Source of the DNA: Alphaproteobacteria bacterium
Lineage (GTDB): Bacteria > Pseudomonadota > Alphaproteobacteria > Micavibrionales > UBA2020
DNA length: 64,000 nucleotides
Assembly (NCBI GenBank): GCA_041287865.1
Contig: JBGGMV010000037.1
Location: forward strand, 4,614-68,613
Direction: 5' to 3'
Part shown: in pieces, positions 10,368 to 18,897 of the stretch
Numbering within the stretch: position 1 is the first letter of the stretch
Layout: every line of letters starts with the position of its first letter
Notes under the pieces: model-generated
Told to the model about the DNA's origin: nothing
The model's database searches: none
The model's input: only the letters and a program-made list of their open reading frames with translations
Made by a program: the position numbers and the translations under genes

Positions 10368-10849
10368 TACTTCACCACCAGCCCGGGTTTGTGCACGACA
10401 TCCATCGCTTTATAAATCTTCAGCGCGGTGGAAACATCAAAGGCATGGAGTTTCAGGAGCGGGATATCGACGCCCAGGATATTGACGAATTGCGGGTCGG
10501 GGAGGCGCGGGACTTCTTCGTGCTTCACAAGGTCGACCACAAGGCGCAGACGGGCGGGGTCGGCCACGGGATAGCGCAGCAGGCCGATGCCGCGCACTTC
10601 GATCAAGCCGCTGATGGCCTCGACCGCGCCGGCATAAATTTTATCCTGACGTTTCTCGAAACTGACCTGATCGTCGCAGATCAGCTCGCTGCCGTTCTCG
10701 ATCAGGCGGAAGGCAAGGTCGGACTTGCCGGAGCCGGAGCGGCCGCGCAGGAAGACGACGGAGGGCGAAAAATTGACGCTCTTCAGCAGCACGGCCGAGC
10801 CATGCAGCACCGTAGTCTTGGGAGGCGGTGGCGTCTTTGGGATGCCCAC
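10367..10849 (-). CDS. hprK: HPr kinase/phosphorylase, C-terminal-domain-only form
   Basis: 160 aa with P-loop LRGRSGSGKSDLAFRLI. Short HprK lacking the N-terminal domain is the usual alphaproteobacterial form. Confidence 0.8.
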   Translation of the reverse strand: MGIPKTPPPPKTTVLHGSAVLLKSVNFSPSVVFLRGRSGSGKSDLAFRLIENGSELICDDQVSFEKRQDKIYAGAVEAISGLIEVRGIGLLRYPVADPARLRLVVDLVKHEEVPRLPDPQFVNILGVDIPLLKLHAFDVSTALKIYKAMDVVHKPGLVVK

Positions 10850-10871
10850 GGCTGGATGAACCTTTTTTGGG

Positions 10872-12218
10872 TCAGCCGTTCAGTTTCAGGGCATGGCCGA
10901 CCAGGTAAAGAGAGCCCGTAATGATTATACGCTGCGGCGTCGTGAATTGTAAGGCAAGCGACCGGATCGCGCTTTCCAGATTATCGGCAGGCTGCGCATT
11001 GGCAAAGCCCATAGCCTTCAGGGAATCACATAATTCCTGCGGCGGCACCAGCGGCGCGTCGATGCGGGCATCCACGGCCTGAATGCTTTTGGGAATGCCG
11101 ACAAGGCGTTCGTAGAAACCGTCGGTATCTTTCTTTTTCTTGAAGCCGGTGATGATATGCAGCGGCTTTTCATCGCCCCAGGCCTTGGCCTGCGCCGCCA
11201 AAACTTCCGCGCCAGAATCGTTATGCGCGCCATCGGCCCAAAGCTCCCAACCCTTCGGCAGCAGATCGGCCAGATGGCCGCGGGTGAGTTGCTGGAAGCG
11301 GCCCGGCCATGTAACGGTTTCCATGGCGCGGGTGAGCGTGTCCTGCTTCAGCAGGCTGGCGAAGGGGCTGTTCTCCAGACCCGCAATCGCCGTGCCTGCG
11401 TTGATGACCTGATGCCCGCCCAGCAGTTTCGGCAGGGGTAGCGTGAATTTGTTTTTGCCCTGATAGGTGAAGGCATTGCCCCGCACCTCCGTGCTCCAGT
11501 CGCGGCCCGCAACGAACGTCGGCGCGCCCATTTCAGCGGCGCGGCGCAGGAAAACCTCGTTCACCTCGGGCGACTGGGGGGCCACGATGGCGGGGCATCC
11601 GCGCTTGATAATACCGGCCTTCTCGCCCGCAATGGCCGGCAGCGTATCGCCCAGCAGGCGGGTATGGTCATAGGAAATACGCGTCAGCAGCGCGATGCTT
11701 TTTTCGATCACGTTAGTGGCGTCATAATTGCCGCCAAGGCCGGTTTCGAGAAGTACGGCATCGGCGGGCGTGCGCGCGTAAATCAGGAACGCGAGCGCGG
11801 TGAAAAATTCGAAGAAGGAGATTTCATCGTCACCCGCCGCGCGCTTCACTTCGCCGATCAGTTCCAGCAGGTGATCGGGCTCGATCTGCTTGCCCGCCAC
11901 GACAATCCGTTCCTCGAAACGGACGAGGTGCGGGGAGATGAATTTATGGACGGTTAATCCGCCAGCCTCGAACATCGATTGCAGGAAGGCCAGCGTCGAG
12001 CCCTTGCCGTTGGTGCCCGCAACGTGAAAAACGGGCGGCATTTTGTGCTGCGGGTTGCCAAGTTTTGCCAGCATCTGCTTCGGCCTATCAAGGCCGTTCG
12101 GCAGCATCGGCGGGCTTTTCAGGCGGATTTCGTTGACGGCAAGCTCGACGGCGGGGACGGGCGAAAAGGTCCACTCGCGTTGCGGCTGCGGGGCGGCGGC
12201 CTCTTTTTTGTCAAGCAT
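10872..12218 (-). CDS. folC: Bifunctional folylpolyglutamate synthase / dihydrofolate synthase
   Basis: 448 aa. Mur-ligase P-loop HVAGTNGKGST and conserved accD-folC synteny. Confidence 0.9.
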   Translation of the reverse strand: MLDKKEAAAPQPQREWTFSPVPAVELAVNEIRLKSPPMLPNGLDRPKQMLAKLGNPQHKMPPVFHVAGTNGKGSTLAFLQSMFEAGGLTVHKFISPHLVRFEERIVVAGKQIEPDHLLELIGEVKRAAGDDEISFFEFFTALAFLIYARTPADAVLLETGLGGNYDATNVIEKSIALLTRISYDHTRLLGDTLPAIAGEKAGIIKRGCPAIVAPQSPEVNEVFLRRAAEMGAPTFVAGRDWSTEVRGNAFTYQGKNKFTLPLPKLLGGHQVINAGTAIAGLENSPFASLLKQDTLTRAMETVTWPGRFQQLTRGHLADLLPKGWELWADGAHNDSGAEVLAAQAKAWGDEKPLHIITGFKKKKDTDGFYERLVGIPKSIQAVDARIDAPLVPPQELCDSLKAMGFANAQPADNLESAIRSLALQFTTPQRIIITGSLYLVGHALKLNG

Positions 12219-12229
12219 GCGGGGCCCCC

Positions 12230-13120
12230 TTATTCGGCGTGGCCGTTGGCTTTTTTGGCGGCGGCGTCACGCGGCTGGGTCAGCAGCTGCAACAGGGTCG
12301 TGATTTTATCGCGCAGCTCGGCGCGCGGGATGACGAGGTCGACCATGCCATGTTCGCGCAAGTATTCGGCCGTCTGGAAACCGTCGGGCAGCGACGCGCG
12401 GATCGTTTCCTGAATGACGCGGCGGCCGGCGAAGCCCACCTGCGCGCCGGGTTCGGCAATGTGAATGTCGCCCAGCATGGCGAAGGAGGCCGAAACGCCG
12501 CCCGTGGTCGGGTTGGTCAGCAGCACGATATAGGGCAGGCCCGCTTCCTTCACCTGTTCGACGGCGATGACCGAGCGCGGCATCTGCATCAGCGACAGCA
12601 TGCCTTCCTGCATGCGCGCACCGCCGGAGGCGGGAATGACGATAAAGGGCGCTTTCTGCGCGACAGCAAGACGCGCGGCGGTGATAAGACCGTCGCCCAC
12701 GGCGGCACCCATCGATCCGCCCATGAAATCGAAATCGAAAGCGGCGATGACAACAGGCTTGCCGCCCATGTTCCCTTGCGCAACCACGATTGCATCCTTG
12801 CGGCCGGTTTCGGCCTGCGCGTCTTTCAGGCGGTCTGTGTATTTTTTACGGTCGCGGAATTTCAGCGGGTCGAGCGCGGCCTTGGGCAGTTCGGTGTCTT
12901 TCCACTGGCCGTCGTCAAAGAGCGTGGCAAGCCGGTCTTTCACGCCGATGCGCAGGTGGTGGCCGCAATTGTGGCAGACGTTCAAATTCTTGGTCAGCTC
13001 CTGATGGTGGAGCATAGTTTCGCAACCCGGGCATTTCTGCCAGAGGTTGTCGGGCACATCCTTTTTGGTGGGGATGAGCGCCTTGATCTTGGGGCGGACG
13101 AAGTTGGTTATCCAGTTCAT
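12230..13120 (-). CDS. accD: Acetyl-CoA carboxylase carboxyltransferase beta subunit
   Basis: 296 aa. N-terminal zinc ribbon CPGCETMLHHQELTKNLNVCHNCGHH followed by the carboxyltransferase domain (FDFDFMGGSMG). Confidence 0.95.
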   Translation of the reverse strand: MNWITNFVRPKIKALIPTKKDVPDNLWQKCPGCETMLHHQELTKNLNVCHNCGHHLRIGVKDRLATLFDDGQWKDTELPKAALDPLKFRDRKKYTDRLKDAQAETGRKDAIVVAQGNMGGKPVVIAAFDFDFMGGSMGAAVGDGLITAARLAVAQKAPFIVIPASGGARMQEGMLSLMQMPRSVIAVEQVKEAGLPYIVLLTNPTTGGVSASFAMLGDIHIAEPGAQVGFAGRRVIQETIRASLPDGFQTAEYLREHGMVDLVIPRAELRDKITTLLQLLTQPRDAAAKKANGHAE

Positions 13121-13231
13121 TCGGTTACATAACGCTTTTGGCGTCCTTTCGAGGATGAGTCTTTAACATGGGGCGCGGTTTACCGTCACCTGATTTATAA
13201 TTAACATAATTTGATTGTTAAGTACCTGAAA

Positions 13232-13933
13232 TCAAGCCGCTTGTTTGGCCAGCGTCGCCAGTATTTCGCGCGCGGCCAGCGCAGGATCGGCCGCCTGCGT
13301 AATCGGGCGGCCAATGACAAGGTAATCGGCCCCGAGGGTGGAGGCCTCCGCGGGCGTCATCACACGCTTCTGGTCGCCCGTTTCAGCGCCCGCAGGACGG
13401 ATGCCGGGGACAACCAGCAGCGTGTTAGGCGCGAGGAGTTTGCGCAGCATGACAATTTCCTTCGGCGAGCAGACAACACCGGCAAGACCGGATTTCTCGG
13501 CGAGAAGAGCAAGGCGCAGCACCTGCGGCGCGACATCAATCCCCTGCCCTACACTTTCAAGATTTTTTTCGTCAAGGCTGGTGAGGACGGTGACGCCCAG
13601 AATTCTGGTGGATGTATCTCTCGAGACATCGACGGCTGCCTGCATCATCTCCAACCCGCCTGAAGTATGGATGGTAAGAAAATCGGGGCGGCAGTTGAGC
13701 GCGGATTTCACCGCGCCCGCGACCGTATTCGGAATATCATGCAGCTTGAGGTCGAGAAAAATTTCGGCATCAGGCGCCAGCTTGCGGATGGCTTCAATGC
13801 CCTTGGGCCCTTCGGCGACGAAAAATTCAAGGCCCAGCTTGATGCCGACCTTCGTTCCCGCAAGGCGTTTTACAAGGGCGGCGGCGTCATCCAGCTTGTT
13901 CGCATCGATCGCGCAGAAAACCCTTGCCGCCAT
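13232..13933 (-). CDS. pyrF: Orotidine 5'-phosphate decarboxylase
   Basis: 233 aa with the DLKLHDIPNTV motif and a C-terminal GRPITQA. Confidence 0.9.
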   Translation of the reverse strand: MAARVFCAIDANKLDDAAALVKRLAGTKVGIKLGLEFFVAEGPKGIEAIRKLAPDAEIFLDLKLHDIPNTVAGAVKSALNCRPDFLTIHTSGGLEMMQAAVDVSRDTSTRILGVTVLTSLDEKNLESVGQGIDVAPQVLRLALLAEKSGLAGVVCSPKEIVMLRKLLAPNTLLVVPGIRPAGAETGDQKRVMTPAEASTLGADYLVIGRPITQAADPALAAREILATLAKQAA

Positions 13934-13943
13934 GTGCTTTTCC

Positions 13944-14405
13944 TCACTTTATTTCAAAGATGGCATCGACCTCGACCGCGGCGCCCAGCGGCAGCGCGGA
14001 AACGCCGACGGCGGCGCGCGCATGTTTTCCGGCATCGCCGAAAACCTCGACGATCAGGTCGGATGCGCCGTTGACCACTTTCGGATGGTCGGTGAATTCG
14101 GGCGTGGAGGCGACGAAGCCGCCGAGGCGCAGGCAGCGCGAAATTTTATCGAGGTCGCCCAGCGCGGCCTTCGCCTGCGCGACGATGTTGATAGCGCAAA
14201 CGCGCGCGGCTTTCTGGCCGTCTTCGAGCGAGACATCTTTTCCAAGATGGCCCTTGGTCATCTGACCGCCCGCACCGGGAAGCTGGCCCGAGATATAAAG
14301 AGTCTTGCCGGAAATGGTGAAGGGCACATAGTTCGCAACCGGCGGCGCGAGATCGGGGATGGTGATACCAAGCGCCGCAAGGCGCGCGTCGATTTTCGAG
14401 GTCAT
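13944..14405 (-). CDS. RidA/YjgF-family protein
   Basis: 153 aa with RidA-like length and C-terminal block ARAAVGVSALPLGAAVEVDAIFEI. Confidence 0.8.
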   Translation of the reverse strand: MTSKIDARLAALGITIPDLAPPVANYVPFTISGKTLYISGQLPGAGGQMTKGHLGKDVSLEDGQKAARVCAINIVAQAKAALGDLDKISRCLRLGGFVASTPEFTDHPKVVNGASDLIVEVFGDAGKHARAAVGVSALPLGAAVEVDAIFEIK

Positions 14406-14438
14406 TAAAAAGCTCCTTTAGCAGCAAACTAAAGGAGC
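14406..14438 (-). terminator. Rho-independent terminator after the 64-aa ORF
   Basis: 10-bp stem GCTCCTTTAG (14412-14421) / CTAAAGGAGC (14429-14438), followed on the minus strand by a T-run. Confidence 0.6.
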
Positions 14439-14465
14439 CTTATCCGTCGTGCAATTGCAATTCCG

Positions 14466-14660
14466 TTATTTGTTCACCAGCATTTCGAAGTCGAGCTCGA
14501 CGCAGGCGAACTCCTTGTACTCGGCATTAATGCCGGCAGGCTCGGGCGTGCCTTTCGCGCGGGGCGCGGATTTCGCAAACTGATCACGGACATCAAGCGC
14601 ATCGGCCCAGGCGTCCGCTTCAGGGAAATCAACAGCAGGGCTCATCATTAAGGACTCCAT
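14466..14660 (-). CDS. Small acidic hypothetical protein (64 aa)
   Basis: ORF with its own terminator and an AT-rich upstream region. No family recognised. Confidence 0.4.
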   Translation of the reverse strand: MESLMMSPAVDFPEADAWADALDVRDQFAKSAPRAKGTPEPAGINAEYKEFACVELDFEMLVNK

Positions 14661-14922
14661 CCTTGTTCAGGCCTTGATTCTGGCGATAGCCTTAGTATTG
14701 CATCTATATGTTAATTATATGCTAATATGGTTAATAGACTCCTAGCGCTTGAAAACATCATTATACATTTGATTTATAATGATTTTTATAGCCTCAAACC
14801 CCCTCTGAAATTACTTTACATAATTATTGCAATCCCACCCCTTTTGTATAATAATGTCCCAATGCCCAAAACAGCCGATTTAGCGCCTCTTTAGAAGGAC
14901 ATGGCCGGATGTGTGAAGGCAA
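14661..14922. promoter_or_regulatory. AT-rich divergent intergenic region upstream of the ankyrin operon
   Basis: About 260 nt that are visibly much more AT-rich than the flanks (for example ttaattatatgctaatatggttaatag and tttataatgatttttata). It separates divergent genes. No specific sites were assigned. Confidence 0.4.
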
Positions 14923-15750
14923 ATGGAGTGTGTGATGCCCGTCATGGATTTTTTCACCAAGGCCGCGACAAAAATGGCCCAGCCTGACCTCGACCGCCAC
15001 CTTGTGCTGGCGGCGCAGGAGGGCGATATCGAAAAAATGAAAACCCTGATCAAGCAAGGCGCCAGCATCGACGGCCGCGACGCCAGCGAAGACACTCCCC
15101 TGATCGGCGCAGCGCGCGAAGACAAGCTGGAGGCCGTGAAATTCCTGCTGAAGCAAGGCGCCGACCCGACCCTGCAAAACGGCATCGGCAAGACCGCGCT
15201 GCTGATCGCGCTTTGCGACCATGTGGCCGAAGAAATCTCGCTCACGCTGGTCAAGACCGGAAAAGCGCTCGATGCAGTCGACATGCACGGCAACCCCGCC
15301 GCCTTTTACGCCGCGCAATACGGCCACCCAAAAGTGCTGGAGGCCCTGGCCGAAGGCGGCGCCGATATGGCGAAGCCCGGCAAGTACGGCACCACGCCGC
15401 TGATGCGTGCTATCGAAGTCGGGCAGATTGATGCCGGCCGCACGCTGATCGGCGAGAAGCTGGTGCCTGCGGTTGGCATTGATATGCAGGATAATAACGG
15501 CTCGACCGTGCTGGCGCTGGCGGTCGAAAACAAGCGCGATATCTTCGTCATGTCCTTTATCGCGCTGGGCGCGAACGCGGACCTGAAAGACAAGCAGGGC
15601 CGCACGCCCTATTCCATCGCCGAGGAAACGGGACAGACCGCTATCTGCCGCGCCCTCGAAGAACAGCGCGCAAAAAAATACGCCGTGGCAGCATCGGCAA
15701 CGGTCAAGACCATGAAAACGATTTCGCTGCGGACGGGGGCCACGCCATGA
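14923..15750 (+). CDS. Ankyrin-repeat protein 1 (275 aa)
   Basis: Repeated ANK consensus (GASIDGRDASEDTPLIGAAREDKLEAVKFLLKQGADP, GNPAAFYAAQYGHPKVLEALAEGGAD, and others). An AAGG RBS precedes the ATG. Confidence 0.85.
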   Translation: MECVMPVMDFFTKAATKMAQPDLDRHLVLAAQEGDIEKMKTLIKQGASIDGRDASEDTPLIGAAREDKLEAVKFLLKQGADPTLQNGIGKTALLIALCDHVAEEISLTLVKTGKALDAVDMHGNPAAFYAAQYGHPKVLEALAEGGADMAKPGKYGTTPLMRAIEVGQIDAGRTLIGEKLVPAVGIDMQDNNGSTVLALAVENKRDIFVMSFIALGANADLKDKQGRTPYSIAEETGQTAICRALEEQRAKKYAVAASATVKTMKTISLRTGATP

Positions 15751-17774
15751 AAAGCCCGACGCCCGCAGACAAAGAAAAGCTGGACAAGGCAATCGCCGAC
15801 GCCGTGCGTCTCGGCAATATTTTCCGCGTCGAGGACCTGATCGACCAGTACAGCTGCAACCCCGACGCAAGTATTGCGGGCCACCCGCTGGTGACGCTCG
15901 CCGTCAAGCACAAGCAGCCGAAGATGCTGGCGCTGCTGCTGCAAAAGGGCGCAGCGGTCGATGCCGTCAACCCCGACGGAGATTCAGCGCTATTGCTGGC
16001 GACACGCGCCAGAAAGGGCGATTTTGTAAAGCTGCTGCTGGCGGCAGGCGCGCCACTGCTGCAACAGAACAACGCCGGCGACAGGTCGGCCGATATCGCG
16101 CTGCGCAGCACGCTGGCATCGCGCCGCGAGGAAGACGCCGCCCACCAGAACCGCAAGCATGAATTCCGCGCCGTGATCGACAAATGGGGCGAAGTGCTCG
16201 AAGCCTTCGTCACGCACCCCGCTTTCGACGCCACCACAGGCTGCGACGGCAAGCCTTATATCAATTTCGCCGTCGATGCCTCCACCCCCGGCGTCGTGTC
16301 TGCCTTGCTTGCACGCGGGGCCAGCATTGAATCGATCACGGCTGCGGGCGATACCCCGCTGTTGCAGGCTGCGCAGCACTGCCGTGAAGATTTCACAGAA
16401 CTGCTGCTAGGCAAAGGCGCAAACGTCAATGCCGTTAATAACGCCGGCGAAGACGCCGTCAGCACCCTGCTGAAAAAAGCCGCAAATATGTGCGCGGAAG
16501 AAGCTGACCTCTACGACTTCCAGCTGAAGGATCACCGTCCCGAAACCGCGCGGCGTGAAGCGCTGGCCACGCTGCTGATCAACCAGCAGGGCTTTAATGC
16601 GAAAGGTGCTGCGGGCGGGCAGCCCTACATCGCGCTGGCCGCCGCAGGTACGGGCATCGCGGTAGTCGAAGCGCTGCTGGCGAAGGGCGCGAATGTCGAC
16701 GCGCAGGATTCCGCAGGCGATACGCCGTTGTTCAAAGCGGCGCGCGCCGGAAACCAGGAGATGGCCGAATTCCTGCTGCAAAAGGGCGCGGATGCGCGTC
16801 ATATCAATGCGACCGGCGAAACGCTGGAATCGATCGTGCTGAAGGGGTTTGCCGACTTCGTGAACACCCCGTTGCGCACCGGCCACAAGCAGACAAGAGC
16901 AAAATGGGAAAAATTCTCCGCCTGGGCGATCGAGAAAGACGGCTATAACATCGAGGCCGCCGCAGGCGGCCTGACGCTGCTGGGCCTTGCCGCGCGGCTG
17001 GACGAGCCCGCGCTGGTGGAAGCACTGCTGAAAAAAGGCGCAGATATAAACGGCCAGCATGACAGCGGCTACACGCCCCTGATGGCGGCGGTGCAGGGCT
17101 GCAGGAAAGAATTCGCGCAGGCGCTGCTGTCAGGCGGCGCAAGGCTGGACATCACGACGAAAACGGGTGAAACCGTCATCGGCACCGCGCTGAAGGGCAC
17201 GTCGGATTTCATGGACCAGATGGATAACCCGCCCGAGCACTTCGACTTGAGGGAGGCCCCCGAACAGCTGGCACGCTGGGAAAGCCTGTTCGAAATGCTG
17301 GCCGCCGGGCAGGGTTACGATGCCAATGCAAAGGGCGGCGGCAAGCCGCTGGTGGCGCTGGCGGCGCGCTTTAATTCCGCGGCGACGCTTAAGTCATTGC
17401 TGGAGGCCGGCGCAACCCCCGACGCGCCCGCCGACAACGGCGACACCGCCCTGATGGTCGCAACCCGTCATTGCCATCCCGACCATGCCAAATTACTGCT
17501 GGAAAAAGGCGCCAGCCCCTATGCGCAGAACGCCGCCGGCATTACTGCCCAGAAAATCGCGGTCGATGCCGAAGACGCCTTCCTGCAGACCCGTCCCGGC
17601 AGCGGCACGACATGGGAACAGCACGAAGCAACCCGCAGGAAATGGGACAAGCTGGTCGACATGCTGTCGAGTCAGCAGGAAAACGTCGCCTCGGCGCTCA
17701 TCGCCCCGCCCACCGAAGCCGTTGCCGTGCGCAACAAGCCGCTCAGGCTGAAACTGAAGCTGGGGCAGCAATGA
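15747..17774 (+). CDS. Ankyrin-repeat protein 2 (675 aa, built of super-repeats)
   Basis: Many ANK units (for example GDTPLLQAAQHCREDFTELLLGKGANVNA). Its ATGA start overlaps the stop of ankyrin gene 1. Confidence 0.9.
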   Translation: MKSPTPADKEKLDKAIADAVRLGNIFRVEDLIDQYSCNPDASIAGHPLVTLAVKHKQPKMLALLLQKGAAVDAVNPDGDSALLLATRARKGDFVKLLLAAGAPLLQQNNAGDRSADIALRSTLASRREEDAAHQNRKHEFRAVIDKWGEVLEAFVTHPAFDATTGCDGKPYINFAVDASTPGVVSALLARGASIESITAAGDTPLLQAAQHCREDFTELLLGKGANVNAVNNAGEDAVSTLLKKAANMCAEEADLYDFQLKDHRPETARREALATLLINQQGFNAKGAAGGQPYIALAAAGTGIAVVEALLAKGANVDAQDSAGDTPLFKAARAGNQEMAEFLLQKGADARHINATGETLESIVLKGFADFVNTPLRTGHKQTRAKWEKFSAWAIEKDGYNIEAAAGGLTLLGLAARLDEPALVEALLKKGADINGQHDSGYTPLMAAVQGCRKEFAQALLSGGARLDITTKTGETVIGTALKGTSDFMDQMDNPPEHFDLREAPEQLARWESLFEMLAAGQGYDANAKGGGKPLVALAARFNSAATLKSLLEAGATPDAPADNGDTALMVATRHCHPDHAKLLLEKGASPYAQNAAGITAQKIAVDAEDAFLQTRPGSGTTWEQHEATRRKWDKLVDMLSSQQENVASALIAPPTEAVAVRNKPLRLKLKLGQQ

Positions 17775-18361
17775 AGGACGATTTTGACGATAAAGCCGCG
17801 CCGCATAATGGCAAGAACCTGCTCGGCGAACAGCTGATCACCGCGATCAATACCGGCGATCACGGCGAAGTCGTATCTCTGCTGGACAAATGGGCCGACC
17901 CCGCCGCCTATACCGACGCGGAAGGGCACGCCATCATCGCGGCCGTCAAGCAGCATAACCCCGAGATTTTAAAAACATTGGTCGAAGCCGGCGCGCCGCT
18001 GAACGTGCGCGACCGCGACGGCAAGACGCCGCTGCATGTGGCCGTCACCTACGGAAACGTCGACCATGTTAAAACGCTGGTGACGAAGGGCGCGATTGTC
18101 ACCATTCCCTGCCACGAGGGTCGCACGGCGCTGCAGCGCGCAGAAGAATCCTACGACTACGCCTATAAGATGCTGGAAAATGCCGCGCAGTCGGAAAGCG
18201 CGACCGATTTCGAGCAGGAAACGGTCAATCGCCTCGACAAGATCACCAGCCTGCTGAAACAGTATGTGAACAACGCTCCCGATACGACTTTCGACGACGG
18301 GCTGCTGGAAAACATCCACATCAAGTCGCCGCTGCGCCTGAAGAAGCCGGGGGCGACATGA
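17771..18361 (+). CDS. Ankyrin-repeat protein 3 (196 aa)
   Basis: The internal start MKDDFDDK of ORF 17471-18361 was chosen because its ATG overlaps the stop of gene 2 (ATGA) and the upstream part lies inside gene 2. ANK units include DGKTPLHVAVTYGNVDHVKTLVTKGA. Confidence 0.8.
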   Translation: MKDDFDDKAAPHNGKNLLGEQLITAINTGDHGEVVSLLDKWADPAAYTDAEGHAIIAAVKQHNPEILKTLVEAGAPLNVRDRDGKTPLHVAVTYGNVDHVKTLVTKGAIVTIPCHEGRTALQRAEESYDYAYKMLENAAQSESATDFEQETVNRLDKITSLLKQYVNNAPDTTFDDGLLENIHIKSPLRLKKPGAT

Positions 18362-18897
18362 GCATCGGCGACGAAGTGGAAACGCCGGGACGCGATATTC
18401 CCTGCGATGGCGACAATGCACTGATGTTCTACGCAAAGCGCGCAGGCAGCCATCGCAAGATATTCAGGCTGGCGTCTGAAGGCCATGACCTCAACGCACG
18501 CGACGACCTTGAACGCTGCTCGTTGATACTGGCGACAGTCAGCCACGATGTGCGCAACGTTCTGGTGCTCTTGCGCAAAGGCGCGGACCTGCATTCAACC
18601 GACGAGGGCGGCGATACGCCGCTGCACTGGGCGGTTTACCACAAGAACGCCGATGTCGCGCGCCTGTTGCTAAAAAAGGGCGCGGACATGGAGAAGCCCA
18701 ACCTGAAGGGCCAAACCCCGTTGCAGGCGGCGCTAGACGATTGCCATGCGCCGATGGTCGAAACCTTTATCACCGCTAAAACGGAACGCCTGACGGCCGC
18801 CTTCACCAAAGGCACGGCGGCACCGCTGACTGTGAGGCTTCCCCTGACCCTGGGCGCACGCGCCAAATTGAAACAAAAAGCTAGGAAGCCGCTTTAA
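18358..18897 (+). CDS. Ankyrin-repeat protein 4 (179 aa)
   Basis: ANK units (GGDTPLHWAVYHKNADVARLLLKKGADM). Its ATGA start overlaps the stop of gene 3. Confidence 0.85.
   Translation: MSIGDEVETPGRDIPCDGDNALMFYAKRAGSHRKIFRLASEGHDLNARDDLERCSLILATVSHDVRNVLVLLRKGADLHSTDEGGDTPLHWAVYHKNADVARLLLKKGADMEKPNLKGQTPLQAALDDCHAPMVETFITAKTERLTAAFTKGTAAPLTVRLPLTLGARAKLKQKARKPL

Noticed and set aside
14824-15870. 348-aa minus-strand ORF across the ankyrin operon start, plus similar ORFs (15704-16252, 16407-17060, 62899-63846)
   Set aside because: They are antisense to ORFs with clear ankyrin-repeat periodicity and have no motifs of their own.
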